A stretch of 63,992 nucleotides of DNA, the filler included, from an uncultured bacterium (lineage in GTDB: Bacteria > Hinthialibacterota > Hinthialibacteria > Hinthialibacterales > Hinthialibacteraceae): NCBI GenBank assembly GCA_964449065.1. It is 10 parts of 10 records of this genome, joined end to end, with 100 filler letters (N's around TTAATTAATTAA, not from the genome) between each part and the next. Parts side by side here need not be neighbours in the genome. Positions count along the whole stretch, not along the records: positions 47,133 to 53,666 come from CAYVAZ010000301.1; positions 53,767 to 60,277 come from CAYVAZ010000302.1; positions 60,378 to 63,992 come from CAYVAZ010000441.1; 7 more parts are not named here. One strand, given 5' to 3'. Position 1 is the first letter of the stretch. Each line of letters begins with the position of its first letter. The notes below the pieces were generated by a model that saw only the letters and a program-made list of their open reading frames with translations, had not been told where the DNA came from and searched no databases. Made by a program: the position numbers and the translations under genes. Positions 50,516 to 60,631 of the stretch are shown piece by piece.

Positions 50516-53500
50516 GTGAAGAATCAAACCAAACCTCAACGCAAACGAAGGGTATGGCGGTGGATATTTCTACCCGCCGCTGTCTACCTGTTGCTATGGG
50601 GCGGTATAAATCTGCTGCTGAATTCGCCTTCCATTCGGACTTATATTCTTACACGGATCCAGCAATCTTCGGGAGTGGAAATTCAATACGCAGGCTGGGT
50701 ATTGATGGGTCCGACCGGCAACCTATCCTTGGCGGATGTCAGCCTGCTCACCACGCTGCAAGAAAGCCCGGTTGAACTATCTCTTGATATGTTAACGTTG
50801 AAATATGTAGGATACCCCCAGCCTTATTTGCAAATCAAAGGCCTGATCACTCCGTGGGGACGATTCCAAACAAGCGGTGTGAAAATCATTGGCGGATGGA
50901 CGCAGCCACGTTATCGGATATCGATTGATCAAGCAACGGTAGATGGGAACGCGGTATTGGCGCTAGCCGGTAATGAGGATGAGGCGGTTTCTACAGAAAA
51001 CACCTTTCAAAATCCTGTTGATTCGATCGAAATAACCAATTCGCAAATCCAACTGCCATGGCTTTCCAATTCACTGCGGTTTGATTTGAATTTCGAACAG
51101 AAAGAAGAAAGAAAAGCAAAGGGAAGGATTACGCTGTTTAATCCGAATGAAGATGGGAGTATACGCACGGCAATAGAATGGAGCGATTTTCCGGCAGACA
51201 TAGCCGGCGCGAAGGGTAGGTTTGATTCGTACCATTGGAATGATACGTTGCATGCTGTTTCCGGTATCATCGATGGATCGTTCGAACTCAATCAACAAGA
51301 CAATCAATATCAATCTTACGCGAAGACAACCCTTCGGGAGGTTTCGTATTCGTCCCAATATTTTTCCAACCAGGTTCAAATCGAAACCGAAGGCATATTC
51401 AATTCCACATTCCAGCCGGTACGCCTTTATGCCAACATACAGCATGAATGGATCACCAATATTCCACCGGGATGGCGTGTACCGGCGGGAAGTATTCAGA
51501 TTTCGTTTACGCAATCGGACGCAGACGGTCAGATTGCTGCGATTCGCATACGAAATGCTTCGTTGGGTGAGATATACCTGAATACAAAACGGGATGTCCA
51601 GACCCATCCGAATCTCCTATCCAGTGAACTGGTGATTGGATCGATGGATGTTCATAATGTGATTGCCAATCTCCCCGCAATTTGGCAGACAGAGGAAATC
51701 CAGCCGCGCGGCATTTTTAATGCGACCGCGAATGCCGCTGTCACAACGGATGGCGCTGTACAAGAATATGATGCTGTGTTCGATCTTCACCAATTGAATC
51801 TCGATTACGCGGATGTGATATTGCAAAATGCGAAAATTACCGGAACCGCAAAGGGAAAGATGAATTCTCATGAAGCACGGTTCATGGCGAATCTGGGCAA
51901 AATGGAAATACACAGTGTTTCTCCTTCGTTGGTCATTCCGGTTGAGCCGTTTGAAATTCACGGAGACTATGATCAATCAGATCATACGTTTCAGATCCAA
52001 TCTACAGACATTCACAGCGAATGGTGGGATCAACTCACGTTTTCTTATGCCGCGGGAAATAAGTATGCTATATCCCTGCAATCGTCCGTCGAAAAACTTT
52101 TGCCGGTTGTTATGTCAAATTTTGTTTCGCACAGTACCCGCGCGTTTGAAGGGACCGGCGATATCGGTATTCATATTGAAGGCGACTCTTCCGTCCTGAA
52201 TGTAAAAGCAAAAAGTGAGGATTTGTCCGTTTTTTCTTTTGACGCGGAACCCTTTATCGGCGCTCAGATTCGAAATGTGGAAAGTAATGCGGCGATCCGG
52301 TTTGGCGGGCGATTTTCCGCGGCCATTCAGGCGGCCACACCTTATGTGTTTTATGGTGATTTTGAATTGGAACGTCCAGGGGATTCATTTGTTGTCTCTG
52401 CATCTTCTCCCAGCGGAATGGATGACATTACCTATCAAGTTAAATTACCAAACGGCGGACGGATAGCCGGGTTCTCTAAGCAGGATGGGTTTCATGAATT
52501 GGAGTGGGAGAGGGTCGATCTGCAAACACTTTTACTTCCGGCTTTAAAGAACTACATGAAAAGCGGGATGGAGCCGCTCACGTCTTTGCATGGGTATTTG
52601 AATGGCTGGCTTCAGTATGGAACAACACTTCGGGGCGAATCCACTCTGATTATAGAAAAATGGCGCCGCGATGAAGAACCCGCAATGGGCGTGCAAAAAG
52701 CTTTGTTAACCGTTCCGTTTGCTTATCCGTTGAAAGTGGAACTGTTTCCCAACCGAACCATTCACTTTGATTCTGAAATGGTCAGGTGGCAGGATAACTT
52801 TTATTCGGATGTCAAAGCCGATTTGCATATCGGAAATGAGGCGATTCGGTATCTGGCATCGCTTACGTTGCCGTTGTTTGGCGGGGAATTGGTCGCGAAC
52901 GGGTTGGCGTTTCGGGATTGGCAGCGTGGCATACCTACCATATCAGGAGAGATTCAAATCATCGGTATGGATATGAAGCAAGCGAGTGAACTGATTCCAT
53001 ATTTGGGCGGCGAAGGGACGTTAACGCTGTACGCGACAGAAATTGTTTGGCGGGGCGACCGCTTTTCGCTGCAAGGAAGCGTTTCTTGGAACGCCTTTGG
53101 GGGAACGATTGCGATACAGGATGTGTTTTATCAGCCCGAAACCCGGCTGTTTGGCATGGATATGTTTTTAATTGATGTGGATATGGAACAACTCTCCGCG
53201 TTTTTTAATTACGGAAAAATTACCGGCACACTGGGCGGTCATATCAAAGACCTGCTCATCCGCTTTCCAGAACCGGATTCGAATGAGATTCCCAAACCGG
53301 TGGCTTTCAATTTGAAGTTGCAAAATAAAACGGAAAACGAGAAGATCATCAGCGGTTCCACGCTGAAAAAATTGATGGAATTGGGCAGCACTTCAGTTCC
53401 GTTTCAGAAAGAACTGTATCACCGTGATTTTAAATACTCCGGTTTGGGACTGCGGGGGATTCACAACGCCACGCAAACCCAAATCTATGGGACATTAAAA

Positions 53501-53650
53501 GATAACTATTTTATTGCGCCTTCGACGGGATTGTTTGCGGATAAAGTGGGGATTCGTATACAAGTCGCCAAGAATCAGAGTCACAAGCACAATATGGATT
53601 TTGAACGGGTGTGGAAAACATTGCTGGAGCAAATGAAAGAAGACCAATAG
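50516..53650 (+). CDS. AsmA/YdbH-like intermembrane bridge protein
   Basis: N-terminal TM, long beta-rich body, LPLFGG, AFGG, GKITGTLGG.I, F.YSGLG. Confidence 0.6.
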   Translation: MKNQTKPQRKRRVWRWIFLPAAVYLLLWGGINLLLNSPSIRTYILTRIQQSSGVEIQYAGWVLMGPTGNLSLADVSLLTTLQESPVELSLDMLTLKYVGYPQPYLQIKGLITPWGRFQTSGVKIIGGWTQPRYRISIDQATVDGNAVLALAGNEDEAVSTENTFQNPVDSIEITNSQIQLPWLSNSLRFDLNFEQKEERKAKGRITLFNPNEDGSIRTAIEWSDFPADIAGAKGRFDSYHWNDTLHAVSGIIDGSFELNQQDNQYQSYAKTTLREVSYSSQYFSNQVQIETEGIFNSTFQPVRLYANIQHEWITNIPPGWRVPAGSIQISFTQSDADGQIAAIRIRNASLGEIYLNTKRDVQTHPNLLSSELVIGSMDVHNVIANLPAIWQTEEIQPRGIFNATANAAVTTDGAVQEYDAVFDLHQLNLDYADVILQNAKITGTAKGKMNSHEARFMANLGKMEIHSVSPSLVIPVEPFEIHGDYDQSDHTFQIQSTDIHSEWWDQLTFSYAAGNKYAISLQSSVEKLLPVVMSNFVSHSTRAFEGTGDIGIHIEGDSSVLNVKAKSEDLSVFSFDAEPFIGAQIRNVESNAAIRFGGRFSAAIQAATPYVFYGDFELERPGDSFVVSASSPSGMDDITYQVKLPNGGRIAGFSKQDGFHELEWERVDLQTLLLPALKNYMKSGMEPLTSLHGYLNGWLQYGTTLRGESTLIIEKWRRDEEPAMGVQKALLTVPFAYPLKVELFPNRTIHFDSEMVRWQDNFYSDVKADLHIGNEAIRYLASLTLPLFGGELVANGLAFRDWQRGIPTISGEIQIIGMDMKQASELIPYLGGEGTLTLYATEIVWRGDRFSLQGSVSWNAFGGTIAIQDVFYQPETRLFGMDMFLIDVDMEQLSAFFNYGKITGTLGGHIKDLLIRFPEPDSNEIPKPVAFNLKLQNKTENEKIISGSTLKKLMELGSTSVPFQKELYHRDFKYSGLGLRGIHNATQTQIYGTLKDNYFIAPSTGLFADKVGIRIQVAKNQSHKHNMDFERVWKTLLEQMKEDQ

Positions 53651-53869
53651 TCTGACAGAGTCCTAANNNNNNNNNNNNNNNNNNNNNNNNNNNNNNNNNN
53701 NNNNNNNNNNTTAATTAATTAANNNNNNNNNNNNNNNNNNNNNNNNNNNNNNNNNNNNNNNNNNNNTCCAGCAGAGATTGACACACAAACATTTCCAAAC
53801 GCGGCTGTACAGACCAGCGTTGTTGTTCACCGGTTCATCCTTCCCATAACCGCTTGCATCCAATCCCTG

Positions 53870-54358
53870 TTAGTTTACCACTTGAATGTGAACATCGGTA
53901 ATGCCATCGTGTTCAAAATCCAGTTCGCGGGCGGCGGCGCGCGACACATCAATGATACGGCCTTTCACAAAGGGGCCGCGGTCATTGATGCGTACAATGG
54001 TTTCTTTGCCGTTTTTCATGTTCTTAACCCGCACCTTCGAGTTAAACGGCAATGTGCGGTGGGCCGCGGTGAGGGCATACATATTGTATTTTTCGCCGCT
54101 GGCGGTGGTTCGGCCATGAAATTTACGGCCATACCAGGATGCCAAACCTTGCGCTTCCCCCTCTTGCATCACCACTTTGTCTTCGGGTTCTTTGGAAAGC
54201 ACGGTTTTTTGGTCTTCGCTGCCGCCGCCTAAACCAAATGTTGGAATGGGGATGGGAATATGGACGATCTTCATGCCGGCACAGCCGTTCAAGCCGATGA
54301 GCAGCAAACCGATCCATACACCCCGGACACAAGTACGGAATACGTGCATCGTTTTCAT
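53870..54358 (-). CDS. rlpA: RlpA-family lytic transglycosylase lipoprotein (DPBB only)
   Basis: LNGC lipobox; [39 protein letters not shown]. Confidence 0.92.
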   Translation of the reverse strand: MKTMHVFRTCVRGVWIGLLLIGLNGCAGMKIVHIPIPIPTFGLGGGSEDQKTVLSKEPEDKVVMQEGEAQGLASWYGRKFHGRTTASGEKYNMYALTAAHRTLPFNSKVRVKNMKNGKETIVRINDRGPFVKGRIIDVSRAAARELDFEHDGITDVHIQVVN

Positions 54359-54553
54359 AATACCTCAACCTCATATCAGAAATAAACAGGATGATTGTAT
54401 TTTGCTCTCTTTTTTACTTTTATCAACCGGAAATTTCTTCTAATTTTTGGTATCGGTTTGTACGCTTTTCAAATCATGAATATCCAATCATGAATTGACA
54501 CCGGACTGCTTTGTGGTATCTTGCTGGAAAGATAGGTAAGAGGAAAACCGCTT

Positions 54554-55003
54554 ATGCCGACCAAACGATGCGAAATTTGTGGCAAAGTCACCCGAATCGA
54601 AGAAGTCGATACGGCCTGCAAAAATTGCGAAGAAAAAGAACTCGATTTGCTGATCGCGGTCTATGCATATATTCACTGCAACAATTCCGACTTTGTCCCC
54701 CCAAAAGAAATTATGATGAATGTCGGTCCCATTAATGGGTTAAAACCCAATCTTTCTTTTTTGCGGAGTTGGGCTTTAAAGAATTGGGTGGAAAAAAACT
54801 ACTTTGAGGCATTGGGCGTACCGCTTCCGATTGGTGAAATTATTGAAAACGGCGGTTTTAATGTCACGGAATCAATGAAAACGACCCTCGCATATCAAAA
54901 AGCCAAAAAACCGAAAATCGAACCGCAAATGCCGCGGGAGGATCATTCGGAGGAGTCGAGAGACCGGCGAACCGGTATGGTATTTATGGAAAAGAAAAAA
55001 TAA
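54554..55003 (+). CDS. YvyF-like (flagellar operon) Zn-ribbon protein
   Basis: CEICGK...CKNCEEKE..L.AVYAYI. Confidence 0.6.
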   Translation: MPTKRCEICGKVTRIEEVDTACKNCEEKELDLLIAVYAYIHCNNSDFVPPKEIMMNVGPINGLKPNLSFLRSWALKNWVEKNYFEALGVPLPIGEIIENGGFNVTESMKTTLAYQKAKKPKIEPQMPREDHSEESRDRRTGMVFMEKKK

Positions 55004-55044
55004 AAGCTGTTTGTGAATTGTTTATTCCAGCATAACAATCCATC

Positions 55045-55263
55045 ATGGAAATGAATATCATGAGAAATTTTACACTAATATATTGGGAAAATGACGGTTG
55101 GTTGGTAGGCCAATTAAAAGAGAGGCCCGATGTATTTTCTCAAGGCAAATCATTGAATGAATTGGAAGAAAACATAAAAGAAGCATTAAGACTTATGGAA
55201 GAGACCGATTTTATTGACTTGCCTGAACAACACCAAGAAAAAGAAATCGTGTTGCACACTTGA
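55045..55263 (+). CDS. hicB: HicB-family antitoxin (short)
   Basis: FTLIYWENDGW.VG, SQG..L.ELEENIKEA. Confidence 0.88.
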   Translation: MEMNIMRNFTLIYWENDGWLVGQLKERPDVFSQGKSLNELEENIKEALRLMEETDFIDLPEQHQEKEIVLHT

Positions 55264-55451
55264 AACGCACAAAATTAATAAAACTATTAAAGGCGAATGA
55301 TTGTGTATTGCTTCGGCATGGTTCCAACCATGATATTTTCATCAATCGCAAAACAAATATACGAGCACCCATTCCAAGGCATAATGAAATTCCCGATCAT
55401 CTTGTTAAACTGATTATCAAACAATTATCCATTGAAATAGATAAACACTAA
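55260..55451 (+). CDS. hicA: HicA-family toxin
   Basis: LLRHGSNHDIF.N, IPRHNEI; 4-nt overlap with hicB. Confidence 0.9.
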   Translation: MKRTKLIKLLKANDCVLLRHGSNHDIFINRKTNIRAPIPRHNEIPDHLVKLIIKQLSIEIDKH

Positions 55452-56266
55452 TTCCCCTCGCTGATATATCCTTTCAACATTTCCGCTTCTACCGATTGTT
55501 TGAAAGACGTAAATATCTGCCGCTTAATCTCTTCCTTTAACTGGTTATCCCCGGTTACTTCATACAGGGTCAATAAGACAAATGAACGCAGGTCCGAATC
55601 CGGATAGTCTTGCAGCCATTGTTTGAGTTCCGGCTCAACGGTTGCGGGTTCCTGCAATCTCATGCGGGCAAAGATCGCAGACAGTTGCACGGCATCCAAA
55701 CGGTCTTGCGCCAGTTCGACTACAGGGTTCTGCTGCAATTGAATGACCCGCTGAGCTTCGCGGCGGTGATGGGCCAATAAAATCAATTGCATATATACTT
55801 GTTGACGCAAAACATCGGGTTTCTCCGGAATACTTTCTGCATCATCTGCCGGAGACAACAATGCATTCATGTTCTCCCAAATTTGAATCTCCGATTCGCT
55901 ACCAAAGCGTTCGCTGCTCATTAACAAAATGGGGATATAATCAATCACCGCCTGCTGCGCCCAGGCGGATTGGGGCCATTGGGTTACGATAGTTAAATAG
56001 TATTGAGCGAGCAATTCGCAATCGGTTTCGTTTTGCGCCAGCCGGTAATAATTTTTGGCCAGGGGAAGAATGTAGCCCACCCCGTTGATGACTTTTGTGA
56101 TGAGTTCTGTCGCTTGTTTGGAATCGCCTAAATTGATGAGTTGCTCCAACTTCTGCAAGGTTTGCTGTGTGCTGCGGTCGTAATTTTGGTACATGCCGGT
56201 TTGAGCGTTCGCGTTTGTCAAACCCGCGCCCAGTAACAGTATGACCGCCAAGCTCAAACTACGCAA
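55448..56266 (-). CDS. Secreted TPR-like helical protein
   Basis: TTG 56266 after AAGGA; signal peptide LRSLSLAVILLLGAGLTNANA; QWPQSAWA, DYPDSDL. Confidence 0.7.
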   Translation of the reverse strand: MRSLSLAVILLLGAGLTNANAQTGMYQNYDRSTQQTLQKLEQLINLGDSKQATELITKVINGVGYILPLAKNYYRLAQNETDCELLAQYYLTIVTQWPQSAWAQQAVIDYIPILLMSSERFGSESEIQIWENMNALLSPADDAESIPEKPDVLRQQVYMQLILLAHHRREAQRVIQLQQNPVVELAQDRLDAVQLSAIFARMRLQEPATVEPELKQWLQDYPDSDLRSFVLLTLYEVTGDNQLKEEIKRQIFTSFKQSVEAEMLKGYISEGN

Positions 56267-57620
56267 TTTTCGCTTCCTTTCGCAGTCGAAACGATTCACA
56301 TGGCGTGCCATAAAGCGTATAAGCGGTGCTGCGGTTGATATGCACATCAAACAAATCCCCCACTTGATGCGATTCATCCAACTCATCCACGATCACAATT
56401 TTGTTGGTGCGGGTGCGGGTGTGGTAGACCAAACCTTTTTCGGGATGATCTTCGGTTTTTTCCACCATCACTTCCGCGGTGGTGCCCACCCGTTCGGCGT
56501 TGATTTCTTTGGCGATTTGATTCTGCGTTTCAATCAGTTTTTCCAAACGCTGCGATTTGGTGATTTCCGGCACTTGGTTTTCCATCTCAGCCGCCGGGGT
56601 GCCGCGGCGGGGAGAGTATTTAAACATAAAGGCGTGATCAAAGCGGATGGTTTTCACCAAATCCAATGTCTGCTGAAAGTCATCTTTGGTCTCACCGGGA
56701 AAACCGACGATGATATCGGTGGATAACGCCGGCTTGATGGGCAAATCTTTAAACAACGAGCGGAAATAGTTGATGTATTCGATGTATTGTTCACGCGTAT
56801 AAGTACGCTTCATGGCCTTTAATATCCGGTTGGAGCCGGACTGAAACGGCAGGTGCAAATATTCACACAATTTGTCTAGCGATGCCATTGCTTCCAACAT
56901 CGATGGTAAAGAAGTGCTTGGGTAAGAAGTGGTAAACCGCAGCCGCTCCAAACCGGGGATGTCATTGACCATCTTCAGCAATTCCGGAAAGCGAACGCCG
57001 CTATGCCGGTATGAGTTAATGGTTTGGCCGATCAATGTAATTTCTTTATACCCGCGCTGCACCAAGGTTTCGGCTTCCTGCAAAATGACGCGCGGTTCGC
57101 GCGAGCGTTCCGGGCCTCTAGTGTTTGGGACCACGCAAAACGTACAGCGTTTGTTGCAGCCTTTCATCACCGAAACAAAACGGGGGTATTCTACCGGGCC
57201 TTCCGCTACGGGATTGGGTTGATCGTATTCGTCTTCGATTCCGGTAATGTCAATCACCGGTTCGCGGCTGCGCTCCAGTTCATTAACAATCCGCGCAACA
57301 GATCCAATGGCACCAGGCCCCATGACCAAATCCAAATGGGGGATGGAATCGGTGAGGCGTTGGCCTTCTTTTTGTCCCATGCAGCCGCAAATGCCGATGT
57401 ATTTTAACATGCCGTGATCTTTGTGGCGCTTAAGCTGCCCCACGCGTCCACGCACACGGTCTTCCGCGCCTTCGCGAATCGAGCAGGTGTTGAGCAGAAT
57501 CAACTCCGCCTCTTCTTCACGCTCTACCGGTTCATGCCCGGCTTGATTCAACAGCCCGAACATGGAATCGGTGTCGTAAACATTCATTTGGCAGCCAAAG
57601 GTTTGAATCCAATATTTCAT
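56259..57620 (-). CDS. miaB: tRNA methylthiotransferase
   Basis: TFGCQMN, NTCSIRE, GCNKRCTFC, DIIVGFPGET, YSPRRGT, TRAM domain. Confidence 0.95.
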   Translation of the reverse strand: MKYWIQTFGCQMNVYDTDSMFGLLNQAGHEPVEREEEAELILLNTCSIREGAEDRVRGRVGQLKRHKDHGMLKYIGICGCMGQKEGQRLTDSIPHLDLVMGPGAIGSVARIVNELERSREPVIDITGIEDEYDQPNPVAEGPVEYPRFVSVMKGCNKRCTFCVVPNTRGPERSREPRVILQEAETLVQRGYKEITLIGQTINSYRHSGVRFPELLKMVNDIPGLERLRFTTSYPSTSLPSMLEAMASLDKLCEYLHLPFQSGSNRILKAMKRTYTREQYIEYINYFRSLFKDLPIKPALSTDIIVGFPGETKDDFQQTLDLVKTIRFDHAFMFKYSPRRGTPAAEMENQVPEITKSQRLEKLIETQNQIAKEINAERVGTTAEVMVEKTEDHPEKGLVYHTRTRTNKIVIVDELDESHQVGDLFDVHINRSTAYTLYGTPCESFRLRKEAKIA

Positions 57621-60274
57621 GATACGCCTAACAAGTCCAGTTGGTTTTGCAGCCGTTCGGCTTCCTGCTTTTCTTGTTCAAATTTTTCGCGTTCTTGCTG
57701 AACAATATCGGCAGGCGCTTTTTCGACAAACTTCTCGTTCGAGAGTTTTTTCTCGCGGCCGGCCACAACTTTTTCTAAATTCTCAATTTGCTTTTGCAGC
57801 CGAACCACTTCTTTCTTTTGTACTTCTTCCGTCCAATGCACGCGGATTTCCATGCCGTCTACCATGCCGATGGATGACGCCGGATTTTCAGGCATGTCGT
57901 CACCAGCCATCAATTCTCCGTTTATTTTACACAGCGTTGTGACATGGGGATAGTAATCTTTTAAAAACACTGCATGTTCGGCCGTCTTGGTTTTGAATTC
58001 AACCGTGGTTTCCGCTGAGGGCGATACCCCCAATTCCCCGCGAATGTTGCGGATGGTATAGACGACTTCTTGGAACAACGCGGCTTGTTTTTCCAAGTCG
58101 GTTTCAATCAACGATTCATCGACAACCGGATAGTTGGTGCTGGAAATACTCACAACATCCTTCGGCGCAATGCCTACATTCTTCAACGTTTGCCACAATT
58201 CTTCGGTGATGAACGGGCAGAAGGGATGCAGCAAGCGCAGTGTGGTTTCCAACACTTGCAGAGCGACATTCTTTACCGCTTTTTGGGATTCGGCATCATC
58301 GCTATAAAGGCGCGGTTTGATTAGTTCAAGGTACCAATCACAGTATTCATGCCACACAAAGTGATAGACCGCGTCGGATGCTTCGTTGAATTTGTATTCT
58401 TCCATCCCTTTGCGGGATTTTGCTACCGCTTCTTGCAGGCGGGAAAGAATCCATTGATCGGCCCAATCCAATTGAGATGGCAATTTCGCCGAGAGTGTTT
58501 CGCCTTCATCGATAGTGGCAAAAATCAGGCGGGAGGCGTTCCAAATTTTGTTGGTGAAGTTGCGGTAGCCCTCAATGCGGTCTTCCGCCAGATTGATGTT
58601 GCGCCCCTGTGCCGCCATGATCGCCAGCGTAAAACGAACGGAATCGACGCCGTATTTGTCAATCACATCGATCGGGTCGATCGCGTTGCCCAGCGATTTC
58701 GACATCTTGCGGCCCTGCTCGTCGCGTACCAGCGCGGTGATATAGACATCGCTGAAGGGCACGTCCTTCATGATGTACAACCCCATCATCATCATGCGGG
58801 CTACCCAAAAATAAATGATGTCATGACCGGTGACCAATGTGGTTGTGGGGTAAAATGATTCAAGTTCCTTAGTTTCTTCCGGCCAGCCCATGGTTGAGAA
58901 GGGCCACAAAGCGGAAGAAAACCACGTGTCAAGCACATCTTCATCCTGCTGTAAATTTGTACCGCCGCATTGGCGGCATTGAGTAACATCTTCGCGCGAA
59001 ACGTTCTCTGCCCCGCAATCCTGGCAATACCATACCGGAATTCGGTGTCCCCACCAGATTTGGCGGGATACCGGCCAGTCGCGTACGTTTTCTACCCACG
59101 AAAAATAGGTGTTTTCCCAGTTTTTGGGGATGAATTTGGTGCGCCCGCCACGCACCGCTTTGATGGGTTCTTCCATCAGCGGTTTCATGCTGACAAACCA
59201 TTGCAGCGATAAATAGGGCTCGATAACGTCGTTGCAGCGGTAGCAGGCGCCCACGCGGTGATCATGCTCTTCGATATGGTCAAGCAGGTTTTGTTCCTGC
59301 AAATCTTTGACGATTTGCTTGCGGGCGGCAAAACGGTCCATGCCTTGGTACTGCCCGCCATTTTCATTAATAGTGGCGTCTTCGTTGAGGATGTTTATTT
59401 CTTCCAAATGATGGCGTTTGCCGACTTCAAAGTCGTTGATGTCATGTGCCGGGGTAATCTTTAGCGCACCGGTACCGAATTCTCGATCCACATACTCATC
59501 CGCGATAACCGGGATGGGTTTATTCAGCAGGGGAAGGATAACCTTCTTCCCAATTAAATTTTGATAGCGTTCATCTTCAGGGTGCACCGCGATTGCGGTA
59601 TCGCCCAGCATGGTTTCTGGGCGGGTGGTCGCGATGGTGAGACGGCCGCTGCCGTCTTCATAGGGGTAATGGATATGATAAAAATTGCCCTGCTTATCGG
59701 TATATTCCACCTCATCATCCGACAAGGTGGTGTGGCAGCGCGGGCACCAGTTGACCAAAAAGTTGCCGCGGTAAAGGTAACCGTCTTCATACAAGCGGCA
59801 AAAGACTTCGCGAACCGCTTTTGAGCAGCCTTCATCCATGGTAAAGCGCAGACGCGACCAATCGCACGAACAGCCCATGTATTTCAATTGGCGGATGATG
59901 GCATCGCCGTATTCCTGCTTCCATTCCCAAATGCGTTCGACGAGTTTTTCCCGGCCCATATCATGCCGGCTGATTCCGTCTTTCTGGAGTTGCTTTTCGA
60001 CCACGTTTTGGGTGGCGATTCCCGCATGGTCGGTGCCCGGCATCCACAGCACTTCAAAGCCTTCCATGCGCTTCCAACGGCTCAAAATATCTTGCAGGGT
60101 GTTGTTGAGCGCGTGGCCGATGTGCAGCTTTCCCGTCACGTTCGGCGGCGGAATGACTATCGAAAACTTGGGCTTACCGCTGCCGGGGTCGGCCGTAAAT
60201 AACCCGTGGTCCTGCCAAAATTGATACCAATGTTCCCGCGAGGAAGCGGGATCATAGCGTTTTTCTAGTTCCAT
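57617..60274 (-). CDS. valS: Valine--tRNA ligase
   Basis: PPPNVTGKLHIGH, DTWFSSALWPF, KMSKS, C-terminal coiled coil. Confidence 0.98.
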   Translation of the reverse strand: MELEKRYDPASSREHWYQFWQDHGLFTADPGSGKPKFSIVIPPPNVTGKLHIGHALNNTLQDILSRWKRMEGFEVLWMPGTDHAGIATQNVVEKQLQKDGISRHDMGREKLVERIWEWKQEYGDAIIRQLKYMGCSCDWSRLRFTMDEGCSKAVREVFCRLYEDGYLYRGNFLVNWCPRCHTTLSDDEVEYTDKQGNFYHIHYPYEDGSGRLTIATTRPETMLGDTAIAVHPEDERYQNLIGKKVILPLLNKPIPVIADEYVDREFGTGALKITPAHDINDFEVGKRHHLEEINILNEDATINENGGQYQGMDRFAARKQIVKDLQEQNLLDHIEEHDHRVGACYRCNDVIEPYLSLQWFVSMKPLMEEPIKAVRGGRTKFIPKNWENTYFSWVENVRDWPVSRQIWWGHRIPVWYCQDCGAENVSREDVTQCRQCGGTNLQQDEDVLDTWFSSALWPFSTMGWPEETKELESFYPTTTLVTGHDIIYFWVARMMMMGLYIMKDVPFSDVYITALVRDEQGRKMSKSLGNAIDPIDVIDKYGVDSVRFTLAIMAAQGRNINLAEDRIEGYRNFTNKIWNASRLIFATIDEGETLSAKLPSQLDWADQWILSRLQEAVAKSRKGMEEYKFNEASDAVYHFVWHEYCDWYLELIKPRLYSDDAESQKAVKNVALQVLETTLRLLHPFCPFITEELWQTLKNVGIAPKDVVSISSTNYPVVDESLIETDLEKQAALFQEVVYTIRNIRGELGVSPSAETTVEFKTKTAEHAVFLKDYYPHVTTLCKINGELMAGDDMPENPASSIGMVDGMEIRVHWTEEVQKKEVVRLQKQIENLEKVVAGREKKLSNEKFVEKAPADIVQQEREKFEQEKQEAERLQNQLDLLGVS

Positions 60275-60381
60275 GATNNNNNNNNNNNNNNNNNNNNNNN
60301 NNNNNNNNNNNNNNNNNNNNNTTAATTAATTAANNNNNNNNNNNNNNNNNNNNNNNNNNNNNNNNNNNNNNNNNNNNCAGC

Positions 60382-60437
60382 AAAAAATTAAGCCATAACA
60401 TCGCATCCCGGCCAAGAGAGTGAGTTATGGCTTAATT
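60382..60437 (-). terminator. Long hairpin with U-tail
   Basis: AATTAAGCCATAAC(60386-99)...GTTATGGCTTAATT(60424-37); T-run on the minus strand. Confidence 0.65.
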
Positions 60438-60552
60438 GAACCGCTGCAGCCACTGCAGATGGAACTGCAGGAGCTACGCTGATAAGTGCAGTTTTACGTG
60501 CAAATTTTCGGCGCATACGGACGTCTGTCCGTACTCGAATAGCCTTCTCTCA

Positions 60553-60579
60553 TTATAGGCAGAATCCGCAAAAACTTTA
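60553..60579 (-). promoter_or_regulatory. sigma28-type promoter, divergent from the flagellin genes
   Basis: TAAA-GTTTTTGCGGATTCT(15)-GCCTATAA. Confidence 0.6.
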
Positions 60580-60631
60580 GGAAAATCTGCGGGTTGTGTT
60601 GGAAAAAATCATCTATAATGGGAGACGAACA

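Noticed and set aside
55045..55451. hicB-hicA as a novel system
   Set aside because: Ordinary, well-described TA module
60430..60560. Cys-rich micro-ORFs as RiPP precursor or metallothionein
   Set aside because: They arise from TGCA palindromes of the hairpin; no SD and no modifying enzymes nearby
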